Source: an uncultured Lentisphaerales bacterium (GTDB taxonomy: Bacteria; Verrucomicrobiota; Lentisphaeria; JABSQK01; UBA12247). From it: a DNA stretch of 64,000 bases. Below are positions 57,945 through 64,000 of the stretch, piece by piece. The notes under the pieces are model-generated. The model was not told the DNA's origin. It was given only the letters and a program-made list of their open reading frames with translations, and made no database searches. The DNA is taken from contig CALSSJ010000026.1 in assembly GCA_943788985.1 (NCBI GenBank), positions 1-64,000 on the forward strand, given 5' to 3'. Position 1 is the stretch's first letter. Every line of letters starts with the position of its first letter. Made by a program: the position numbers and the translations under genes.

Positions 57945-58988
57945 ATGAACGCTCCCCCCACCATTCCTGATTCCGTGGCAATCCCACAACAGCTGGTTGG
58001 CCCGCTGCGGCTGACCGGCCCAGTGCTGGATGAGTCCCTCTACGCGCCGCTGGCCACGTATGAGACCCCACTCTGGGCCAGCTGCAATCGTGGCGCTCGC
58101 GTAACACAACATGCGGGCGGGATCGAGACCGTGATTGTCCGCGACTGCATGGCGCGCTCGATCCTCTTGAACGCGCCCGGTGCGCGCGTCGCTGCGGAGT
58201 GCGCAGCGCAGATCGAGAGCCGAGAAGAGGAACTTGCCGAGATTGTCGCGCAGACCAGCCGCTTCGCCCGCCTGAAGCAGCTGCACATTCAAGTCGCTGC
58301 GCGCTCGTTGTTCATTCGTCTTTCCATCAACAGCGGTGACGCATCCGGCCATAATATGGTCACCCTGGCAGCGGATCATGCCACCACCTGGCTCCTGCAG
58401 CAGTTTCCTGCGCTCCAGTACGTCTCGGTATCGGGTAATCTCTGCACGGACAAGAAGGCGTCAGCCATCAATGGCATTCTCGGCCGCGGCAAGCACGTGA
58501 TCGCCGAGACCAACATTTCGCGCAAGCTCTGCGCCCGCTTTCTGAATTCGACGCCGGAAGACATCGCCCGGCTCAATCATCAGAAGAACTATCTGGGCCT
58601 GGTGCTGGCCGGAGGTGTGGCCACGGCCAATGCGCACTTCGCAAATATGTTGCTCGGGTTTTACTTGGCGACAGGCCAAGACGCGGCCAATATCATCGAA
58701 GGGTCTCAGGGAACAGTCACAGCGGAAGCGTGCGACGATGGCCTGTATTTTGCGGTGACACTGCCGAACGTGATTGTGGGCGCAGTAGGAAATGGAAAAC
58801 ACCTGCCACAGACACGGGCAAATCTGGATCTGCTTGGCTGCCTTGCGGAGCGGCCTGCTGGCGACAATGCGCGCCGCCTAGCGGCAATCTGTGCGGCCGT
58901 TGTATTGTGTGGCGAATTATCTTTGCTGGCAGCATTAACAAACCGTGGCGAGCTTATGGCTGCCCATCAGAAACTGGAGCGAAAATGA
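57945..58988 (+). CDS. mvaA: HMG-CoA reductase (class I-like, short bacterial form)
   Basis: Motifs PLATYE, ASCNRG, GDASGHNM, SGNLCTDKK, ATGQDAA and VLCGELSL. Confidence 0.92.
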   Translation: MNAPPTIPDSVAIPQQLVGPLRLTGPVLDESLYAPLATYETPLWASCNRGARVTQHAGGIETVIVRDCMARSILLNAPGARVAAECAAQIESREEELAEIVAQTSRFARLKQLHIQVAARSLFIRLSINSGDASGHNMVTLAADHATTWLLQQFPALQYVSVSGNLCTDKKASAINGILGRGKHVIAETNISRKLCARFLNSTPEDIARLNHQKNYLGLVLAGGVATANAHFANMLLGFYLATGQDAANIIEGSQGTVTAEACDDGLYFAVTLPNVIVGAVGNGKHLPQTRANLDLLGCLAERPAGDNARRLAAICAAVVLCGELSLLAALTNRGELMAAHQKLERK

Positions 58989-60028
58989 GCGGTTCAACCA
59001 ATCGGCGCAAACTTGAGCACCTGGACATCGTCCGTGGCGATGATGCCTCTGACCGGTGCAAGGCCTATTTCGACCGAATCCAGCTGCGCCACCGCGCGCT
59101 ACCGGAAGTTAACTTGCGAGACATCGACCCGTCCGTAGAGTTGATGGGGAAACGGCTGTCGTTTCCACTCCTGATCTCGTCGATGACAGGCGGCGACCAC
59201 GACGCCCTGCGCAAGGTGAATCGCAACTTGGCGATCGCCGCCGAAGTCACGCAGGTCGGCATGGGTGTTGGCTCACAGCGCGTGATGTTCTCCGAGCCAG
59301 CAGCCCGCAAAAGTTTTGCCATTCGCCAACACGCGCCGCAGACGTTGCTCTTCGCCAACCTCGGCGCAATCCAGCTGAACAATGGCTGCGATGCCTGTCA
59401 TTGCCGAGAAGCCGTCGAGCTTGTCGAGGCTGACGCATTGTTTCTGCATCTCAACCCTCTGCAGGAAGCCATACAACCGGAAGGAGATACCAACTTTCAC
59501 GGACTGACAGCACGGATCGGCGAAGTCTCGCGGGAAATTGATGCCCCCGTGGTGATCAAAGAAGTCGGTGCCGGAATTTCTGGCGCGGACGCCGAGCAGC
59601 TACTGGGCGAAGGGATTCGCTACATTGATGTCGCCGGAAGCGGCGGCACCTCTTGGAGTCGCATCGAAGCGCATCGTGCTCCGGCTGGCCAGGCAGATCT
59701 TGGGGTTCTTTTTCAAGACTGGGGGATTCCGACACCGGTTGCACTGCGCCAGCTGAACCACCTCAGCCCGGGCGTCACACTGTTCGCCTCCGGTGGAATT
59801 CGCGACGGCATCGACATGATCAAGGCCATCGTGCTCGGCGCCCGCCTCTGTGGCATCGCCCGCGACTTCATCCAGCCTGCGTTGCTCTCGCCAGAAGCAG
59901 TGATAGAGCGCATCGAAGCCTTGCGACGTGAGTTTGTCACTGCGATGTTTCTCTTGGGGATTCAGTCGCTTCCCGACTTGATCCAACGCCCAGACCTGAT
60001 TCTGAATGATGTGGACAGCCGCCTGTGA
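58985..60028 (+). CDS. fni: Type 2 (FMN-dependent) isopentenyl-diphosphate isomerase
   Basis: Motifs RKLEHL, SSMTGG, VGSQR, NLGA, HLNPLQEAIQPEGD, KEVGAG, GGTSW and ASGGIRDG. Confidence 0.95.
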   Translation: MSGSTNRRKLEHLDIVRGDDASDRCKAYFDRIQLRHRALPEVNLRDIDPSVELMGKRLSFPLLISSMTGGDHDALRKVNRNLAIAAEVTQVGMGVGSQRVMFSEPAARKSFAIRQHAPQTLLFANLGAIQLNNGCDACHCREAVELVEADALFLHLNPLQEAIQPEGDTNFHGLTARIGEVSREIDAPVVIKEVGAGISGADAEQLLGEGIRYIDVAGSGGTSWSRIEAHRAPAGQADLGVLFQDWGIPTPVALRQLNHLSPGVTLFASGGIRDGIDMIKAIVLGARLCGIARDFIQPALLSPEAVIERIEALRREFVTAMFLLGIQSLPDLIQRPDLILNDVDSRL

Positions 60029-61203
60029 ATGGGAGGCTTTCAGTCGGGATCGACGCGATCGATTTCTATACGCCACACTACTACCTGCCGCTGAGCAAAA
60101 TCGCGGAACAGCGCGGTTTGCCTGCGGATCACTACGAGCGGGCCCTAGGCCAGAGCCGTATGGCGGTCCCCGCGCCAGGGGAAGACATTGTCACAATGGC
60201 GGCCAATGCGGGACGCGGTGTCTTGGGTCAGCTGGATCCCGCAACAGTCACTCAGCTCTTTCTGGGCACTGAGTCCGGGATTGACCAATCAAAAGCCGCC
60301 GCGGCCTATGTCCACGGCTTGCTGCGCCTTTCGTCTCGCTGCCGCGTCTGTGAGTTCAAGCAGGCTTGCTACGGCGGCACTGCAGCACTTCAACTCGCGC
60401 TCGCGCACGTGCGCCAGAATCCCGACCAGGCTGCACTGGTGCTCACTGCCGACGTGGCGCGCTATGGACTGGGCAGCGCTGGCGAAGCCACGCAAGGAGG
60501 CGGAGCCGTGGCTCTCCTGATCAAGGCAAACCCAAGGCTGGTCGAGATTGGACCAGAGGCTGGATACTACACAGAGGACGTGATGGACTTCTGGCGGCCA
60601 AATTATCGCGACGAAGCACTGGTGGATGGAAAGGCTTCTGTTCGCGTCTACATCAAATCGCTCTTGAACGCATTTCAGCATTTTCATGAGCAGACCGGCC
60701 TAGAACCAGCGAGTTTCGACACCTTCTGCTACCATCTTCCGTTCAGCAGAATGGCTGAAATGGCTCACCAGAAGCTGACAAAGGCCCGCAAGCAATTAGT
60801 CCCAGCAGAAACGGTACGCGAGCTGTTAGCACCGAGCCTGTATTACAATCAGCAGACGGGCAACAGCTACGCCGCATCGCTCTACGTGGCGTTGACGAGT
60901 TTACTGGACCTGCGGGACGACCTGGACGGGGCCCGCTTGGGCCTGTTCAGTTATGGCTCGGGCTGCATGGCAGAGTTTTTTCATGGTCAGGTGGTTCCAG
61001 GCTATCGCGCCGTACTCGGCCATGCCCGACGAACTGCGATGCTCACGGCCCGTGCAGAGCTCCCCCCTGAGCAATACAAAGAATTCTATTCGTTCCAGCT
61101 ACCGACCGACGGGAGCAAGGGCACAACGCCAGAGTACAAAACTGGGGACTTCCGGCTCACAGGAATTGCCGATCACCAGCGACAGTACGCCGCGCTGCGG
61201 TAG
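60025..61203 (+). CDS. mvaS: HMG-CoA synthase
   Basis: Motifs GTESGIDQSK, KQACYGGT, EATQGGGA, DFWRP, YHLPF, GNSYAAS and SYGSG. Confidence 0.95.
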   Translation: MNGRLSVGIDAIDFYTPHYYLPLSKIAEQRGLPADHYERALGQSRMAVPAPGEDIVTMAANAGRGVLGQLDPATVTQLFLGTESGIDQSKAAAAYVHGLLRLSSRCRVCEFKQACYGGTAALQLALAHVRQNPDQAALVLTADVARYGLGSAGEATQGGGAVALLIKANPRLVEIGPEAGYYTEDVMDFWRPNYRDEALVDGKASVRVYIKSLLNAFQHFHEQTGLEPASFDTFCYHLPFSRMAEMAHQKLTKARKQLVPAETVRELLAPSLYYNQQTGNSYAASLYVALTSLLDLRDDLDGARLGLFSYGSGCMAEFFHGQVVPGYRAVLGHARRTAMLTARAELPPEQYKEFYSFQLPTDGSKGTTPEYKTGDFRLTGIADHQRQYAALR

Positions 61204-61207
61204 CAGC

Positions 61208-63013
61208 ATGATTCCGAATTCTTTTGTCAACGACCTTCTGGATCGCGTTGACATCGCCAACCTGATCGAGTCCGCAGTCCCGCTTCAGCGCGCAGGGAGC
61301 GAATACAAAGCCTGTTGCCCGTTTCATGATGAGAAGACCCCCTCATTCTACGTCGTCCCCGACAAGCGCATGTACCACTGCTTCGGCTGCGGCGTATCGG
61401 GAAACGCTGTGGGCTGGGTCATGGCCTATGATGGCCTCGGTTTTGTCGACGCGGTCAAGCTACTCGCGGGCCGTATGGGCCTTGAAATCCCGGACGATGG
61501 CAGCGGCTTTAAAAAGCGGAGGCAGGACGGGCCAGCTCGCGAAGATCTGTATGCCGTCCATACCCGCCTCACACATTGGTATCGCCAGAATCTGCTCGGG
61601 CCGGGTGGTGCCACCGCACGCCAATACCTGGCCGAACGCGGAATCTCCGATGAGATTCAGGAGCGCTTTCAGGTTGGCTACGCGCCGGACAGTTTTCACG
61701 CGGTCGTGGACTGGGGGCGCGCCCACAACTACTCCGCGGACCTGATGCTGCGCGCAGGCGTATTGACCTCAAAGGAGGGTTCGCGCTCGCCGTATGATCG
61801 CTGGCGCGATCGAATCATGTTTCCGATCTCCGATGAACGCCGCCGGGTAGTGGCCTTCAGTGGGCGAGTATTGAGCAGCGAGGCTAAAGGCGGGAAATAC
61901 GTCAATTCACCGGAGACAGATATTTTTAAGAAGGGGCGCATCCTCTACGGGATTGGGCAGGCGCGCGATGGAATCAGAAAGCAAGGCTGTACGCTCCTGT
62001 GCGAAGGTCAACTGGACGTCATCGCCTGTCACCAGGCAGGATTTGATCACGCCGTCGCCCCACAGGGCACCGCCTTCACCACCGAGCAGGCACGGCTCCT
62101 GGGGCGCTTTGCCCCGGATCTACTGCTGGCGTTCGATTCCGATCGCGCTGGCACAGAGGCTACGGTCAAGGCGGCCGACTCGTTTCTGGCTGCTAGCCTT
62201 ACCGCCAGAGTCGTGCGCCTGGGGAACGGCGAGGACCCGGACAGCCTGATCAAGAAGGACGGGCCGGCTGCCCTGGCGGCTCGCATCCAACAGGCACAGG
62301 ACTACTTCGCCTTCCTGATTGACTACCTCTCCACACAGCACGACGCCACCCACCCGGAAGGGAAGAGACGCATCGCAGAAACGTATCTCAACGTGGTTCG
62401 CCAGCTCCCCAGCGAGATTACGCGTTCGGAGTACGTGCAGCTGCTGTCGAATCGTCTGGACCTAGCAACTGAGGCTGTCCGAGATGAGCTACATCAGATC
62501 AATGACAAACAGCAGACCCAGGCCCAGAGCCGGACGCGACGGCGGTTAATCAACACGGCACCTGCCGTGGTCCCCGAGCAGAACAGGCTCTCGAGCGAAG
62601 AGAGCATTCTGTTCGACGTGGCGCTGCACCACGGCCGTTATGCCTGGCGGATGGTGGAAGACCTCGAGAGTGGCGATCTGCCGAACAGCCAAGCAGGACA
62701 CGCACTGCGCGCCTTGCTCGCGCGCAGTGCCCTCGGAGAGTGGTCAGCTGGGGTTCGAGACATCGCCGTCCAGGCAAACGAGCTGCCCCCTTCCCTTTCC
62801 GCCGTGATCGTACGCTCGCAGTTTCCCGCCGACTGCCCGGACGATGTGGTCGGAAACGCTTACCAGCGCTGTGTGCTGGGCCTGCGGGAAGTACGTCTGC
62901 GCGAAAGAAGCGCGACCGAGCAGGACCCAAAAACACAGCTTGAGATCAACAAGAAGCGCGCTGAGATTGCCTATGAGCTGAAAACAATGCGGCGGAGCTT
63001 CCGCGGCCAATAG
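61208..63013 (+). CDS. dnaG: DNA primase
   Basis: Zn finger CPFHDEKTPSF..HCFGC, RIMFPI, KYVNSPET, and TOPRIM motifs EGQLD, FDSDRAG and DPD. Confidence 0.96.
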   Translation: MIPNSFVNDLLDRVDIANLIESAVPLQRAGSEYKACCPFHDEKTPSFYVVPDKRMYHCFGCGVSGNAVGWVMAYDGLGFVDAVKLLAGRMGLEIPDDGSGFKKRRQDGPAREDLYAVHTRLTHWYRQNLLGPGGATARQYLAERGISDEIQERFQVGYAPDSFHAVVDWGRAHNYSADLMLRAGVLTSKEGSRSPYDRWRDRIMFPISDERRRVVAFSGRVLSSEAKGGKYVNSPETDIFKKGRILYGIGQARDGIRKQGCTLLCEGQLDVIACHQAGFDHAVAPQGTAFTTEQARLLGRFAPDLLLAFDSDRAGTEATVKAADSFLAASLTARVVRLGNGEDPDSLIKKDGPAALAARIQQAQDYFAFLIDYLSTQHDATHPEGKRRIAETYLNVVRQLPSEITRSEYVQLLSNRLDLATEAVRDELHQINDKQQTQAQSRTRRRLINTAPAVVPEQNRLSSEESILFDVALHHGRYAWRMVEDLESGDLPNSQAGHALRALLARSALGEWSAGVRDIAVQANELPPSLSAVIVRSQFPADCPDDVVGNAYQRCVLGLREVRLRERSATEQDPKTQLEINKKRAEIAYELKTMRRSFRGQ

Positions 63014-63031
63014 CCCAAAAGGACCTTGAAA

Positions 63032-64000
63032 TTGCCAAATAGCAACCGTAAGGAGTGTGCTCCACGACGTGGTCATCGTAACTTCGTCGGCTCCGTCCGC
63101 TTCCGCTTCGTTTCGGCTGTTGGCTGTTGGACATTCTGTCCTATCTCGCCTAGCAGCAACATACAACTTCAGCGTGTTCTGCCTCTGGTACTAGCCCTCC
63201 AGGCATTGCTGGCCTCTGCGACGGACAACCGGCAGAAGCTCAGTCAGCTAGCGGCCGCTTGCGCTGGCCCCAGAATGGCGGTCGAAGCGACCAGTCAGTC
63301 AGGACGTGAATTGCTGGCCTATGCCCTCTGGCTGGATTCTACGAATGAGCAGGCAGCGTCTCTTTACAAGGCAGTGACTGAGGGCTTTGAGGTCGCGCTA
63401 CCTACGGGGGATGAGATCGCCCTAGCGGCGGCGGCTTTGAATGCCATGAAGTCTACCGATTCGGCTCGCGCGCAACTCCTACACGCGGCTGCCGTCGTCA
63501 TCGTCAGTCCGGATCAGGAGCAGGCGCGTGACTTGCAGCGCAAGGCCACACAGAAGATGAGGCCTACCGGGATGGTCGAGCTTCTCCGCACCCTGGGGCG
63601 AGGGGGCCGGGCCAAGGGAGACATCTCGCTGGCAGCTGCCATGGCAAAACTTCACCCGCCACCGGCCGACGACCAGACGACGGTAGAGATCGTGACGTCG
63701 CCCAACTATCAGCCCCCTCCCCTCCAGAGTTATCCGCCCGTGCCGAAGCAGAGCGACCAGGAGCTTGCTGCAGCAGTTCGCGAGTTGACCCTCTGGACGC
63801 AGACCCGTGGTGCGGGTTACGTCTCCGGCGTTGTCGCGAGACGCACAGCTTCGGGCCGTGCCATTCTTTATGGTAAGCTCACGCCGGAAGGGCTGAGGAA
63901 GCCGCAGAGGGCATTGGCCGGTTTCGGCAGTGCGTTACAGCGGCTCTGGGCCAGCAAGACCCTGCAGTATTACGGCACTAAGAATTCGTGGGCGCATATC
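63032..64000 (+). CDS. Hypothetical protein, truncated by the window end; start uncertain
   Basis: My own translation finds no stop from TTG 63032 to 64000. It includes a signal-like stretch (RVLPLVLALQALLASA). It is absent from the ORF track because it has no stop. Confidence 0.6.
   Translation, partial: MPNSNRKECAPRRGHRNFVGSVRFRFVSAVGCWTFCPISPSSNIQLQRVLPLVLALQALLASATDNRQKLSQLAAACAGPRMAVEATSQSGRELLAYALWLDSTNEQAASLYKAVTEGFEVALPTGDEIALAAAALNAMKSTDSARAQLLHAAAVVIVSPDQEQARDLQRKATQKMRPTGMVELLRTLGRGGRAKGDISLAAAMAKLHPPPADDQTTVEIVTSPNYQPPPLQSYPPVPKQSDQELAAAVRELTLWTQTRGAGYVSGVVARRTASGRAILYGKLTPEGLRKPQRALAGFGSALQRLWASKTLQYYGTKNSWAHI

Overview
GC-rich bacterial DNA, most likely from a PVC-superphylum organism, Lentisphaerae/Kiritimatiellae-like. 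This placement is inferred from FTLIELLVV...LLPAL pilin-like genes, the mcsA-mcsB-clpC block and the murD-LysM pair. Bases 1-22.8 kb are a + strand polysaccharide-utilisation locus for a sulfated, O-acetylated glycan containing fucose or L-galactose. It holds a GntR/LacI-type regulator, a secreted tandem-repeat protein, two prepilin-type (H-X9-DG) proteins, four sulfatases, two GH95 enzymes and several esterases, many as fusions, with short palindromic repeats at gene junctions. Next come rlmN, a DeoR-led 2-oxoacid/acetoin dehydrogenase operon, a heavy-metal RND pair, mcsA-mcsB-clpC-sigma70 and prfA. A double Ser/Thr kinase is divergent from an atypical REC-DUF4388 multidomain protein. The rest is a MoxR ATPase with partner, a ferredoxin, a permuted NlpC/P60 protein, an AT-rich region with DnaA-box-like sites, murD-LysM, a three-gene partial mevalonate operon, dnaG and an ORF running off the end. 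Many genes at 0.1-5.8 kb, about 17.05 kb and 36.7-39.5 kb carry single-base frameshifts that look like sequencing errors. No rRNA, tRNA, CRISPR array or transposase was seen. All family calls come from motif recognition by eye, not database searches.
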